IMG/VR virus record: IMGVR_UViG_3300034815_000019
Location: 1-34,828 of that record
Source: a virus
Taxonomy: Duplodnaviria; Caudoviricetes
Reading direction: 5' to 3' (one strand)
Length of the DNA: 34,828 nt
How positions within the stretch are numbered: the first letter of the stretch is position 1; each line of letters starts with the position of its first letter. The position numbers were made by a program, and so were the translations under genes. Under the pieces are notes generated by a model. It searched no databases and was not told where the DNA came from. It worked only from the letters and a program-made list of their open reading frames with translations. Shown here one piece after another: positions 13,079 to 23,221 of this stretch.

Positions 13079-14134
13079 TTACCCTCTTGAAATTACTTTT
13101 AGGGTGGTTCTGGACCCAGCAGATACGCTACCGGTCCAATTTGCAGTGCCAGCAGATGAGGCAAGACCGATCAGTGTTGCGTAGTGGTATCCTTCCGCAA
13201 TATGCTTTGTATGGGATAGAGAGAATGATGCCGGACTCCCCCCCGCAGGGTCATAATTGCTACAGTACACATCCTCTGGGGTAATACCATCTATACCGAT
13301 GGAAGAAACGGAATAGCCCGGCGCACCTGATTGATAGGAGCTTCCTGTGCTATAGATGTGGATGGCTTCATCCGCAAACGATATAAACGGAACCCTGATC
13401 TCTGCATTTAGCTCAACATAGGTGGACGATGCGGTTGAGCGTACAGCCGAGAAAACGCCCCCAGATGAGCGGTTGCGTCGGTTAAACCACGATACTACCA
13501 GCAGCGGATCAGACGACCACGCCGGCCCGGCAACACAGTAAGCCATTCCGACCAGTGTTCGCGTTGCGTCAGCACTCTTTATTTCGACTCCCGTGGTGGC
13601 GTCGGTCGCGTGACCCGTCGCACTTGCCTCCAGCGTCATTGTAGCGCCAGACATGTATGCGTAGATGTAATACAGCGTGGACGGGGTTAATGCTGTTGCA
13701 GCGATAGACACCCCCGCCGATGGGATTGATTCCTGCACGCCATTGATGACAATATTATTTCCGTCTAATGGGCTTAATTTCAGATTCCCCGCTGAATATT
13801 CAAGCCTGCATTGCCCATGAGTCAGATACAGCGTATCAAAATACGCTTTTAGTGTGGCTTTCCAATTCGCACAAGTGAGCTTTTTAAGCGCACCAGATGC
13901 CGCGCTGTCTGAAATCGGGATTAAATCAGCATCCACTGGCGTAGCTTTTGACGTGGCTGCAATTGTCTCGGTAATCGCCCTGGAACCTGCGGCATCCGAC
14001 TCCTGTTTGATGATAGCACCAAGCGCACGAATATAATCATCCGGGCCGGTCGTAGATGTTACAGCATCAGTTCCGGCAGGGCTGTTGCTGGAGGCTGTAG
14101 TGCTAAGGTCTGCGATAGTTGACGGAACAGGCAT
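13079..14134 (-). CDS. Tail fibre / receptor-binding-type structural protein
   Basis: Ser/Thr/Ala-rich; N-terminal DLSTTASSNSP...DDYIRA anchor; follows the ejection genes. Confidence 0.7.
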   Translation of the reverse strand: MPVPSTIADLSTTASSNSPAGTDAVTSTTGPDDYIRALGAIIKQESDAAGSRAITETIAATSKATPVDADLIPISDSAASGALKKLTCANWKATLKAYFDTLYLTHGQCRLEYSAGNLKLSPLDGNNIVINGVQESIPSAGVSIAATALTPSTLYYIYAYMSGATMTLEASATGHATDATTGVEIKSADATRTLVGMAYCVAGPAWSSDPLLVVSWFNRRNRSSGGVFSAVRSTASSTYVELNAEIRVPFISFADEAIHIYSTGSSYQSGAPGYSVSSIGIDGITPEDVYCSNYDPAGGSPASFSLSHTKHIAEGYHYATLIGLASSAGTANWTGSVSAGSRTTLKVISRG

Positions 14135-14162
14135 GGTGTGTCCTTTGTGATATCATTGCTAG

Positions 14163-14312
14163 ATGGAAAACAATATATTTTTCGTAATGTTGGCAAAAGG
14201 CTTTGTATTGCTGGCTATGCTTCTAATCGCTTTGCCTTTCAAGATAGCAGCAAAACGCTGGCTTCCAGAAAGTAGAATTAAGCGCATTCTACTTAGACGA
14301 ATTGACCCCTAG
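14163..14312 (+). CDS. Small antisense membrane protein, 49 aa (moron / superinfection-exclusion candidate; not in ORF track)
   Basis: MENNIFFVMLAKGFVLLAMLLIALPFKIAAKRWLPESRIKRILLRRIDP; TATCAT -10 six nt before ATG. Confidence 0.6.
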   Translation: MENNIFFVMLAKGFVLLAMLLIALPFKIAAKRWLPESRIKRILLRRIDP

Positions 14313-15923
14313 CAAGCCACCGCCATACATGCCTGCATACGGCAAATAAGGCTGTAGTTGACGCCCTAGTGTTGGCGCCAGCCCGTTAGCGTAGGAAGAT
14401 GCCATATTCACAACTGGAGCGCTTGTATATGCCCTCGTTGCGATATTGAACGGCAATGAAAGAACAAAGTCTGTCGGCGAAGGTAACGCCGATCTTGTGG
14501 CCGTTCCTGAATCTCCAACAATTGGCTTAAATGCTTGTGCAAATCTTGCGGCTTCGTACATTGGCGTTTTGTTCTTGCCGTATAGAAACCCTTTTTTGTC
14601 CTTTTGCTGCAACAGTCTGGCTAGATTTGCACCGCTTACTTCACCCGAAGTAGGATTAACAACACCTTCACGCTGAGTTAATAGCATTAAATTTCTATAT
14701 TGCCCGCGCGCCGTATCAAATGCTTTTTTTGTTTCCCCTTTAAGGCCAGATGCAAGTAAATCATCAGCATGGTCTTTAATCTGGAATAGTGCCATTCCTA
14801 ACTGCCTATCACCGTTAGCGGTAGTCATCTGGTTATTCGCAGCCTTTCCAATCTTGGACGCGATATTTTGCAACTGATCTCCGGTTGCATGGCCTTGTTC
14901 GGCGTATCTAAACAGTCGTTTTACAAGCGGATTATCAAGCACGCCTATGGGTAGTTGTCCTTCAAATTCGCTCTCGATTCCAGCCAACCGATTAACGAAC
15001 TGGTCAGGGTCAATCTGTCTTGGTGTTTTGTCAGCAACCAATTTGTAGACTTTTGAAATCCTGTCATGCGCACTTGATAACACGGACGAATCTACAACAT
15101 CAGAAGTCTCTCCGACCGCGTTCGCAGCGGCACGATTCAAGACTGCCTGATTATTCGCTTTGATCGCATTGAATCTTCCGCTGGTCATTGGCTGCGATTC
15201 CAGTTTTGCCTCGAACTGCTGCAATGCGCGTGAGCCACTTGCTTGGCCTGGGGTCAATTGCATCCCGAGCTTCTTTCCTGCCGCCATTGCTTGCCGTCTT
15301 GATTCGTTCAATCCTGCCGATACATCATCTCCTACAGTGCCGAAATTATATCCACCGCCTGTACCTCTTGCCGTAGCAGAGCCGGAAGCCGTTGAACTGG
15401 CCGACGATCCGCCACCTGTAACATTCACGTCAGTAGTGGGTGCACGCCCGGCAATCGCCCTGCCGAATACGTCAAACAGTTTCTTACCAGCCGCGCCACC
15501 TGCCGCGCCCATCAAAACGCCAGAAGTGTTTTCTTCGTCAGTTAATGTTGGTTGCAATGCGCCCATCCCGCCGCCCATCAGTGCAGAACCGACCAACGTG
15601 TTAGCACCTGGGATAAATGCCGCCGGCGCTGCAATAGCCCCTTGTCCGATCAAATTACCAGTGAAACCTGCGCCAGTGTCAACAAGTGGCGCATCAAGGC
15701 GACGAGATTCTTCTATTTCCTGCTTTAGCGCCTCTTGATCTCCAATATTAAGCAGTTGCTTCCCGCCCCTGTACACATCAGTCATCCCTTTACCGATTCC
15801 AGCCAGCAGCCGTTCTCCTGTACCCATTTCGCTGATTACGTCTGGCGTCGCGTATCTCCCCCATGGTCCTGCCTGCTGAGCAGCTTTCTGCGCTTTTGCG
15901 TATGCTTCCCAAGGCGCTGCCAT
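14289..15923 (-). CDS. DNA ejection / internal virion protein (large)
   Basis: PWEAY/PWGRY N-terminus, Gly/Ala-rich hydrophobic segment, synteny; GGAGGAG RBS before 15923. Confidence 0.75.
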   Translation of the reverse strand: MAAPWEAYAKAQKAAQQAGPWGRYATPDVISEMGTGERLLAGIGKGMTDVYRGGKQLLNIGDQEALKQEIEESRRLDAPLVDTGAGFTGNLIGQGAIAAPAAFIPGANTLVGSALMGGGMGALQPTLTDEENTSGVLMGAAGGAAGKKLFDVFGRAIAGRAPTTDVNVTGGGSSASSTASGSATARGTGGGYNFGTVGDDVSAGLNESRRQAMAAGKKLGMQLTPGQASGSRALQQFEAKLESQPMTSGRFNAIKANNQAVLNRAAANAVGETSDVVDSSVLSSAHDRISKVYKLVADKTPRQIDPDQFVNRLAGIESEFEGQLPIGVLDNPLVKRLFRYAEQGHATGDQLQNIASKIGKAANNQMTTANGDRQLGMALFQIKDHADDLLASGLKGETKKAFDTARGQYRNLMLLTQREGVVNPTSGEVSGANLARLLQQKDKKGFLYGKNKTPMYEAARFAQAFKPIVGDSGTATRSALPSPTDFVLSLPFNIATRAYTSAPVVNMASSYANGLAPTLGRQLQPYLPYAGMYGGGLLGVNSSK

Positions 15924-17248
15924 TATTTTCTCCTCCAATTAGTTTTCTGCGCAGGGTCGCCACCAAGATATACATAGCCCTGTCGCACAGCGCCAATTTT
16001 CAAATTGGCTGGCTGGTTGGCATTTATCTTTTCCATTGCCGGACCTGCGCCCACTTCAAGTGATTTAATGGCGTTTGCCCTGCTCTGCGCTTTTTGCTGA
16101 ATAACTCGATCAGAATCACCAGGCTGCGGAAAGTATTTTTTCCTCTCTTTCTGCATTTCTTCCGTGCCGATAACGGCACCAGACTCAAGCCTCAAATTCG
16201 CAGATACAAAATCATTTTGCGCCTGCTCTATTTGCTGCTGATCTGTGCTTTGCGTAATGTTTGCCATCGTTCCAAGACCTTCTCCGACTAATGGGATAGT
16301 CTCTAAAGAGCGTTTTATGAGACCCGGCTGAACCCTTCCTGCGTTTCCGATATTCTCAATAATTGCGTTGGCATCTCTTGCACGATTTGCGAAACCGGCA
16401 GACTTCGCTTGTACTTCAGTAAGCGGCTTATTCGTGTTCACCTCCATTGCTCGCTGATTAGTCAGATCTTGACCACGAATTGTTACGCCTCGATTCAATG
16501 CACCCTCAGACCTCGCACGTGCATCAGCCAAGAAAGCCTCTGGTGATGCTGTATGCTGCGCACTTCCAATCGGTGAAACAGAATATTCTCCACGGTAAAT
16601 AGTTTTACCACCAAGGTTATCAGTCACAATCTTTTCCGCTTCTGTTCCACCAAACTGACGAATATCGTTAGGATTATTCTTATCATAAATCACTTTTTCT
16701 TTGCGACCGGTTTCCGCATTGAAGCGTTCGCCGATTTCCCATGATGGTGCCTTCGGCATTAGCGTACTATCCACGTACTTATCAAAATACGGGTTGTTCG
16801 GACTAATCATGTAATCCTGAATTGCATTCGGATTGCCTGGTCTAACGTTCGCCATCCCGCTGCCTACCTGTTGACCACCTACGCCCTCACCGAATGCTGC
16901 CGCGCCCTGGTTGAAAGGATCGTCAGGCTGGAATTGCGATACTTGAGGCTGTGTGCCATATATCGCCGCTGGCAATCCAGCCCGCCACGCATCCTGCTTC
17001 ATCTGCGTATCGGCCTGCCGTTGCATTTGCCCCATTTGCAGTGCCTTGAACTGCTCCTCAAGCGCGTTTTTCTTTTCGTTTCGAGCCAATTCCTGTGCGC
17101 CGGAATAGCCCATCAGCCCGGAAGCAAGTCCTCTGCCAATATTATTAACCGGCGTACCGCGTTGCGCCCCGGTCATCCCACCCGCTACCATCGATAGCAG
17201 CCCGATGCCCTCTGGACTTTGCATAAAATCGAGTAGGCCAGCCATCAT
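15923..17248 (-). CDS. DNA ejection / internal virion protein
   Basis: KPLTEVQAKS...LRLESGAVIG...KYFPQPGDS motif; synteny. Confidence 0.75.
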   Translation of the reverse strand: MMAGLLDFMQSPEGIGLLSMVAGGMTGAQRGTPVNNIGRGLASGLMGYSGAQELARNEKKNALEEQFKALQMGQMQRQADTQMKQDAWRAGLPAAIYGTQPQVSQFQPDDPFNQGAAAFGEGVGGQQVGSGMANVRPGNPNAIQDYMISPNNPYFDKYVDSTLMPKAPSWEIGERFNAETGRKEKVIYDKNNPNDIRQFGGTEAEKIVTDNLGGKTIYRGEYSVSPIGSAQHTASPEAFLADARARSEGALNRGVTIRGQDLTNQRAMEVNTNKPLTEVQAKSAGFANRARDANAIIENIGNAGRVQPGLIKRSLETIPLVGEGLGTMANITQSTDQQQIEQAQNDFVSANLRLESGAVIGTEEMQKERKKYFPQPGDSDRVIQQKAQSRANAIKSLEVGAGPAMEKINANQPANLKIGAVRQGYVYLGGDPAQKTNWRRK

Positions 17249-17841
17249 CTGCCTCCGATCTGGTTAATATACGCTTGCATCATCTGCCTACGGCGCATTT
17301 GCTCCTGCATGTCTCCCTGCATGTTCTGCTGATTCTGTTGCATGATGCCATCAAGGTTAATCGGAATACTCCGCATTTGTGACTGTGCTACAGGCATTTG
17401 TGGTTGCTGTGGGCTGCCGAATAGCCCCTTGGCTGCGTTTGCTGCGTTCATTGCTTGACCTACTGGCCTCATGGCGCTGTTGGCGGTATTCATGGCCTCC
17501 AATCCTGCCCCCATCGCTCCGCCCGTGCTTGCGCCTGCTTCTGCACCCAGCAGGCCGTTCATACCACCCTGTAGCCCTGTGGTTGCGCCGCCCCAGCCGA
17601 GCGAACTTGCGCCCAGCCCTGCCTCTTGCGCAGCCAGCATTTCGGCTGCGGTAGTAGCGCCAGCTCCGCCCGCCGCCGCTGCTCCGGCTCCTTCCGCGGC
17701 ACCCAATGCAGCCAAACCTTCAGCGCCAAGCAATCCACCAGCGCCTGCTGCCCCAGCGCCACCAGCCGCAACAGGCGCAAGCAGCCCACCAGTAGCCGCA
17801 ATCCCGGCCCCCAATAATGCCAATTTCCAGAAATCGTTCAT
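17245..17841 (-). CDS. Gly/Ala-rich ejection (pilot-like) protein
   Basis: Hydrophobic GA-rich N-terminus, Gln/Met-rich C-terminus. Confidence 0.7.
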   Translation of the reverse strand: MNDFWKLALLGAGIAATGGLLAPVAAGGAGAAGAGGLLGAEGLAALGAAEGAGAAAAGGAGATTAAEMLAAQEAGLGASSLGWGGATTGLQGGMNGLLGAEAGASTGGAMGAGLEAMNTANSAMRPVGQAMNAANAAKGLFGSPQQPQMPVAQSQMRSIPINLDGIMQQNQQNMQGDMQEQMRRRQMMQAYINQIGGR

Positions 17842-18638
17842 TTTCCACCCCCGCCAGATTGAGTTCCGGTTGTCGTTGATCCCATGTTCTGCCCGACTAC
17901 GCCGCCCGTCGCGGCAAGCTGCTTGTATGGATTATTCTGCGCTTCCTGGAATTGCTGATAATTGAAATCCAGCCCCTGCTGCGCTTGGTTCTGCTGGATT
18001 CCACCCGCGTTGAGCAGTTGTGCCGCATCCTGATACGCCGCATTGCCGAAGGTTGGAGCCATGCCGATTGCCTGCATTCTGTTGGCTTGATCGGTATTGT
18101 AGGCGTTGCCGTACATATCAGTCGCGATATCGGCCATTTGCTGGCCCGCTGCCTTTTGCTGGTTCTGCATCAACTGCTGGTAGCCGGAGTTGCCGAAGCT
18201 GCCGCTGTTCTGCATTGCCATTTCAGTTTGTGGCTTAACCATGTTGTTGAAATTGTCTACCACAGACGTTTGAGCCTTGTTTACCATCTGGTCAAGATAG
18301 GGATTGGTGTTTCCTCCGCCAATGAGTTTGTTCAGCGAGTTTTCCGCATTGCTCATCGTGGCCGATCCACCCAGGGCGCGATTTTGCACCATTCCGAGGC
18401 CAAGATTCTGCGTCTGGTTCAGGTCGGCGAAACGCTGCCCGCCGTAAGGCTGAAATGGGGTGTTTCCGATGGCTGTAGCCTGCTTGACGTACAGGTCGGC
18501 AAGTGGCTTTAGTTCCGGCGCGATAGATGCGGTTGTGGTAGAGGTAGATTGCCCTCCGCCGCCGCCCCCGCCCGTGTAGTGCTTGCGCTGGTTGTCCCAT
18601 GATTGAGGTGTGCCGTGTAAAAGTGCGTTGTATCTCAT
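17838..18638 (-). CDS. Gln/Asn-rich internal virion / pilot-like protein
   Basis: GGGGGGG-STSTTT, NPYL, GSFGNS, NPYKQL motifs; synteny. Confidence 0.7.
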   Translation of the reverse strand: MRYNALLHGTPQSWDNQRKHYTGGGGGGGQSTSTTTASIAPELKPLADLYVKQATAIGNTPFQPYGGQRFADLNQTQNLGLGMVQNRALGGSATMSNAENSLNKLIGGGNTNPYLDQMVNKAQTSVVDNFNNMVKPQTEMAMQNSGSFGNSGYQQLMQNQQKAAGQQMADIATDMYGNAYNTDQANRMQAIGMAPTFGNAAYQDAAQLLNAGGIQQNQAQQGLDFNYQQFQEAQNNPYKQLAATGGVVGQNMGSTTTGTQSGGGGK

Positions 18639-19039
18639 AGTGTCACCTCTAAAATTTCATAAATTGGTTTGAATTGGCATTTCATGCGGTAAAGCCTCGC
18701 CTGCGATGGTGGTGCAGCGCAACGAATCCGGCTGCATCCCATCTGGCAGGCAACCTGCTTCAGTTCGGCAAAGAAGGTTTCAAAGTGGGCGTTATGCGCT
18801 ACAAGGTCAGTGATGTGCAGGACGCGCATGTTCGGCAACTGGTCTATTCGGAACGTCCCCCAGCCCACTGTTTCGTCGCCTTCACGCAAAGCAACCAGGG
18901 TGCGCTCGCCACGGGACAAAATCATCTTGAGCTGGCTGCCGGTGATTTCGTCAACGAGCTTGCACGCTTCTTCCAGACATGCAGCCCCGTCCTTCCAAGC
19001 ACGATCAACGTGTGAAGGCGATACGGTCAGGAGTTGCAT
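18635..19039 (-). CDS. GNAT-fold-like morphogenesis protein
   Basis: LHITDLV...GCSRIRC...ARLYRM pattern; located between hub and ejection genes. Confidence 0.6.
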   Translation of the reverse strand: MQLLTVSPSHVDRAWKDGAACLEEACKLVDEITGSQLKMILSRGERTLVALREGDETVGWGTFRIDQLPNMRVLHITDLVAHNAHFETFFAELKQVACQMGCSRIRCAAPPSQARLYRMKCQFKPIYEILEVTL

Positions 19040-19605
19040 CAAGCAAACGCCATCACGGTGGCTCGCCATGTTGCGCTGGCAGGGTCAAGCGTGCCGCCGC
19101 TTCCGTTATGCAGCCTTACCGATACTGTATCGGCTGCGCTCACAAAACTGAAAGATACCAATCCAGATTCTAGTGTAGAAGGTGGCGCAAGTAATACCGT
19201 GTCACCAATCGCTGCGCCGGTTACAGTAATCGTCAAAACCTCACTTCCATTAGCCGCGATGCTGCCAAAATTAAGCGTTGCCGTGGCAGTAAGCAGCTTG
19301 GTTATATCCACTCCGCCGCCGGTCAGGGTGCGAACTTCGACCCATGTTCCAGGTGTTCCAGCGGTTACACATTCCCATCCGTAGATGATGTATTTCATGC
19401 CGCCCGTGCCAGATTCAGCCGGTGTGCTGTTACGCACAAAATCGCCTTGCGCCCAGCTACCAGTTGTCGGAGCTGCGGTCAGCGCGGCATGGTGCTGGGA
19501 AATGCGCCCCTCGGTGATACCGTTGAGCTGTTGCGCGATGTCGCGTAACAGGCGGATTAGCTCAGTTGATGCGTTGGGGATGGCCGGGTTGATGGGGAGT
19601 TTCAT
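19039..19605 (-). CDS. Tail needle/plug-like structural protein
   Basis: N-terminal helix then APTTGSWAQGD...GWECVTAGTPGTW motif; follows the hub gene. Confidence 0.6.
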   Translation of the reverse strand: MKLPINPAIPNASTELIRLLRDIAQQLNGITEGRISQHHAALTAAPTTGSWAQGDFVRNSTPAESGTGGMKYIIYGWECVTAGTPGTWVEVRTLTGGGVDITKLLTATATLNFGSIAANGSEVLTITVTGAAIGDTVLLAPPSTLESGLVSFSFVSAADTVSVRLHNGSGGTLDPASATWRATVMAFA

Positions 19606-21045
19606 TTAAAACACCCCATCCGGTTCAGTCGTTGCAGCAGCAGCGCCGCTAATCTCAAAATCCCCCGTGAAGGTGAATTTCACCCGATGCCATACCGATG
19701 ATCTGAGCACATCAAAGCGCCCGCTCGATTCTGTCGTAGTTACGTCCTCAGTCCATGCTCCACCGTGCTGCTCTTGGTAGTAATTCGTCATCGTGGCGCT
19801 GGTCGGAGCGTTGAGGTAGCGCAATGTCACTCTCGACAACAAGGAATAATTGTCCTCCATGCCGTAGTCGCCTGTCGTCATGGTGGCGCTTGAGCTTGCG
19901 CCAGTGAGCGAATAAACTTTGTGATCGGTGCCAATGTAAGCCACGTATTTTGTCGATGCCGTCCAGAATTGGGAATCCCATTGCACAGCAGGCCACGAAT
20001 CCCAAGTCGTGATAGGCAAGGTGTTCCATGTATATCCGCCTGTCACATACTCCACCGTCGCCTCTATGCTGCGGTGCGCCACGCCCCAGCGATCAGCCTT
20101 GTAGTTGTAGACGATGCAACCATTCAATCCGCCGCCGTTTCCGGTGCGCGGATAGTAGAAATACACAAGCGAGTTTTGCCGATCATGGGAAGAGCGGATG
20201 CGGTAACGGTAAGCCGGGTCGAGGTCTGCAAAGAACCATTCTCGCAACGGGGTTCCAACTGATTTAGGCGAGCTTCCATCAAACAGGTAAATATCTTCAA
20301 AGCCGATGAATACCAGCGCCACGCCGATATCTGCAATGGCTTCCTGTGACGAGCAGCCAACTTCTCCAGGTATCAGCGCGAAATCCCATACCCCCGGCGC
20401 ACCGACATAGCGCCCCAGATACATTGAGCGGTCTTTGAACGCCACTACATCATTACCCAGCGTTCTCATGCCGGTAATCGCTCCAGGTGTTGCGATCAGC
20501 CTACCGGTCGTGCATTGGGTTGAAATAGCCGGTGTCCAACCGGTATGCACCAGATATTCAGAGCACCACCAGCGGTCAACCGAATCGCCATAAGTGGCCT
20601 CGTTGGTGTTAGCGATCATGACGAAATTCGACGCTACGCACATAACCGCAGCCTTTGGCGCGGTGAGGTCTGCAAATGCGCCAGAACTAGATGACTGGAT
20701 CACGTCGCCCTTATTTACTGCAAGCGAGACATTGCCGAACTGAGCAAAGCGCCAAGGGTACGATGTGCTGGCGTTATAGGCTGTTGCCCTGGAAACATCC
20801 GCCCACGTTGCCGAGGATTTCTCGTATAGCTTGGTTGCGCAGCCGACAAAAGTACGGTTGGCGCCATCCAATTGTGTCATAACTGCGCCTGTGAGTGCCG
20901 CGGCTGCCAGCGCGTCCATGCCCACATTCACACCGGAAGGCGCGCCCACGTAGCCGCGCAAGGTCGGAACAAGGTTGGTGCAGTCGGTGATTACGCCGGG
21001 CGCGGTAGGGTCGAGGTCCGGCGCAAAGCCGGTGAACTGGATCAT
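19606..21045 (-). CDS. Tail hub / nozzle (P22 gp10-like, beta-propeller)
   Basis: 479 aa; WRFAQFGN and GEVGCSS motifs; synteny after the adaptor. Confidence 0.8.
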   Translation of the reverse strand: MIQFTGFAPDLDPTAPGVITDCTNLVPTLRGYVGAPSGVNVGMDALAAAALTGAVMTQLDGANRTFVGCATKLYEKSSATWADVSRATAYNASTSYPWRFAQFGNVSLAVNKGDVIQSSSSGAFADLTAPKAAVMCVASNFVMIANTNEATYGDSVDRWWCSEYLVHTGWTPAISTQCTTGRLIATPGAITGMRTLGNDVVAFKDRSMYLGRYVGAPGVWDFALIPGEVGCSSQEAIADIGVALVFIGFEDIYLFDGSSPKSVGTPLREWFFADLDPAYRYRIRSSHDRQNSLVYFYYPRTGNGGGLNGCIVYNYKADRWGVAHRSIEATVEYVTGGYTWNTLPITTWDSWPAVQWDSQFWTASTKYVAYIGTDHKVYSLTGASSSATMTTGDYGMEDNYSLLSRVTLRYLNAPTSATMTNYYQEQHGGAWTEDVTTTESSGRFDVLRSSVWHRVKFTFTGDFEISGAAAATTEPDGVF

Positions 21046-21653
21046 TCCGCGCTCATGCTGAGAGTTGAGCCGCTTAATTCTTCAACGTCGTTCTCGTGCT
21101 GGATGCGGTCTTTTACCTGCAAATACTTGGCATCCCACTTCACCAGCGCGGCATCGTTGCTCACATGGTCGGCGGCCTCCACCAGCGCGGCATAGAGCAG
21201 GATGTCTGGCGCGTTCGCGGTAAACCAGTTTGTCGTGTTGCTGTCGCTGAGTGCGGACAGGCGTTTGTAATAAATACCCTTCACCGTGTAGCCGGTGTCT
21301 GGATAGGGGCCAAAGACGAAATTATCCCCTTCCCTAGCCATGAATACCGGGCAGCTTGAGGATGATCGGGTCGGGTAGTTGGTGTAGATGTAGTCGAGCG
21401 ATTTCCGGGTCAGCTTGCGCGTGGGAGACCCGTCGATATACGCGCTCTTGAGTTCAATGTAGCCGGCAGGCAATGCCAGCACCCCGGCAGAAATGGCGCC
21501 GGATAGTGCGGTTTCCATGCAGCGGATGCGCAAATCGCGGTAAATTCTAGCCTCGCCAAGCGCGATAAAATCAGGCACAAGCGCCGTCAGTCCGGCGCGG
21601 TGCAGTCGATTTATGACCGCAGTTTGTAATTCGGAGTAGTTTGCAATGCTCAT
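21042..21653 (-). CDS. Head-tail adaptor protein
   Basis: MSIANYSELQTAV...PDFIALGEARIYRDLR...NWFTANAPDILLYAAL. Confidence 0.82.
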   Translation of the reverse strand: MSIANYSELQTAVINRLHRAGLTALVPDFIALGEARIYRDLRIRCMETALSGAISAGVLALPAGYIELKSAYIDGSPTRKLTRKSLDYIYTNYPTRSSSSCPVFMAREGDNFVFGPYPDTGYTVKGIYYKRLSALSDSNTTNWFTANAPDILLYAALVEAADHVSNDAALVKWDAKYLQVKDRIQHENDVEELSGSTLSMSAE

Positions 21654-22207
21654 TAGCCTAACCATCCATATCTATTGTGATAAACCGGAACATGGTTATA
21701 AAACCGGATTCCGTAAGCATTGAATTTGCACAACGGGCTTTCTTCAGGGATATGCACCTTGATTCCCTTGCCCCTTGCGAGTCCGACAAGGTATTCCATG
21801 TTCGGCTTCTGATATCCGAATTCATCGTCGGCTTTCATATCCACGCCATAAATGCCGATTTCTTCCGCGCCTTCGTGAATCGCCAGCGCCATTGCGTAGG
21901 CGATTGAACTGTTCCAGTAATAGCCGGTCGTCTGCGCGACTTCCTCGAACGGGTAGCGCATGGCGTTGTTCCATGCTTCCTGCATGTATAGCGGTACGCC
22001 GCAATCTTCCAACTGCTGAAAATAGCCCGGCTTGCGCTTGCTGTGCTCGCCGACTAACAGCCGCATATCGTGCATTTCAAACAGCCGATCCATCTGTGCG
22101 TGGTGACCGTCCCACGGGAGTCCCCACTTTTCCCACTCGTTGTCATTCCACGGCGCGAGGTGGTGCGTGGTGTCGGATAGACCTACTATGGCGACTTTCA
22201 AGACCAT
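21653..22207 (-). CDS. Sialyltransferase/Maf-like fold protein (putative glycosyltransferase-like)
   Basis: KVAIVG...WGL...SSIAYAMALAIHEGAEEIGIYGVDM pattern. Confidence 0.55.
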   Translation of the reverse strand: MVLKVAIVGLSDTTHHLAPWNDNEWEKWGLPWDGHHAQMDRLFEMHDMRLLVGEHSKRKPGYFQQLEDCGVPLYMQEAWNNAMRYPFEEVAQTTGYYWNSSIAYAMALAIHEGAEEIGIYGVDMKADDEFGYQKPNMEYLVGLARGKGIKVHIPEESPLCKFNAYGIRFYNHVPVYHNRYGWLG

Positions 22208-22524
22208 TTCTTGTGCTTCTTGGCAAACGGGTTGCCGGGTACGGTCAGCAGGTGCGGCTCGTTGCTCTGTATATACAGCAGACACCGCCGCCACTCGTCT
22301 TTGTCAGGAGATAACAGGTTATAGCCGAGATTCCTGAGCCGGATTACGTCACCCTCTGAAATGCTGGCTACACGCACCAATCCGCTGGCGTCAGCCTTGT
22401 ATCTTGCTGTCTCGCTGGCCGCGTTACGGTCTGCTAAATTCGCCGCCAATACATCGGTATTGTCATAGGTGGTGCGGGTGATGATTGCGTTCTTTTCTTC
22501 GCTGTAGAAGTCAGTCTCAATCAT
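22198..22524 (-). CDS. Hypothetical protein (head module)
   Basis: 108 aa; GGAG RBS. Confidence 0.75.
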   Translation of the reverse strand: MIETDFYSEEKNAIITRTTYDNTDVLAANLADRNAASETARYKADASGLVRVASISEGDVIRLRNLGYNLLSPDKDEWRRCLLYIQSNEPHLLTVPGNPFAKKHKKWS

Positions 22525-22535
22525 TTATTGCTCCC

Positions 22536-22563
22536 AAAAAAAAGGGCCACCGAAGTGGCCCCT
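22536..22563 (-). terminator. Rho-independent terminator with UUCG loop
   Basis: GGGCCAC-TTCG-GTGGCCC followed by T8. Confidence 0.85.
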
Positions 22564-22581
22564 GTAATTGCTGCTTAGTGC

Positions 22582-23160
22582 TTAGTAATCTCCCAAATCA
22601 ATCCAGGTAATAACTACCGTTCCTGAAATGGTTTGGGTTGCATCTGCGTCCACTTCGGCAGTGGTTGCGTATGCCGTGTTCAGGTACACATCCTTGGCCG
22701 TGGTGGTGCCGTCAAACTGCGCCGATGCCGCCAGCGCAGCACTTACTGCCGTGCCTGCTACGTTGATGGTTGTAGACGAAGCGAAGGCCGTAGACGGGAG
22801 CAGGTCAACCATTGTACCAGTCAAAGATACGTTAGAAGCCGTGGCCGTGCCAAGAGAGATCGCGCCAGTTGCGCCAGCGTTCAGCGTGGATGCGATGGCG
22901 GAGGTGGTCTTTTGCTGGAGCGTGGCAGTAACGCCAAGAACCAGAATGCGACCAGCAGGAAAGTCGAATATCTTGGTGCCCTGATACTCGGTGCCGTTGA
23001 CTACGGCTTGCGCCACGTTGTCGAGGCGGAGGATGGTTTTACAGATCGGGCCAAACTGTTCATGACGTGCCGAGACGGTAGACCCGTTAGGGAATCCCGC
23101 CTTCGCGATGTCGTCAGTGAACTGTACGCCCCCATTGATTTGATGGATGTCGTAACTCAT
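22582..23160 (-). CDS. Putative capsid decoration / minor structural protein
   Basis: Thr/Ala-rich beta protein right after the capsid gene and before a terminator. Confidence 0.6.
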   Translation of the reverse strand: MSYDIHQINGGVQFTDDIAKAGFPNGSTVSARHEQFGPICKTILRLDNVAQAVVNGTEYQGTKIFDFPAGRILVLGVTATLQQKTTSAIASTLNAGATGAISLGTATASNVSLTGTMVDLLPSTAFASSTTINVAGTAVSAALAASAQFDGTTTAKDVYLNTAYATTAEVDADATQTISGTVVITWIDLGDY

Positions 23161-23172
23161 AGGGTGTTCTCC

Positions 23173-23202
23173 AAAAAGAAAGGGGAAGCAGGAGCCTCCC
23201 CT
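23173..23202 (-). terminator. Probable terminator after the capsid gene
   Basis: AGGGGAGGC...GCTTCCCCT followed by TTCTTTTT. Confidence 0.55.
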
Positions 23203-23221
23203 GTTAAGCGGTTACGACTGA

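Noticed and set aside
13079-14134. Diversity-generating retroelement targeting the tail fibre
   Set aside because: There is no reverse transcriptase, and I noticed no template/variable repeat pair.
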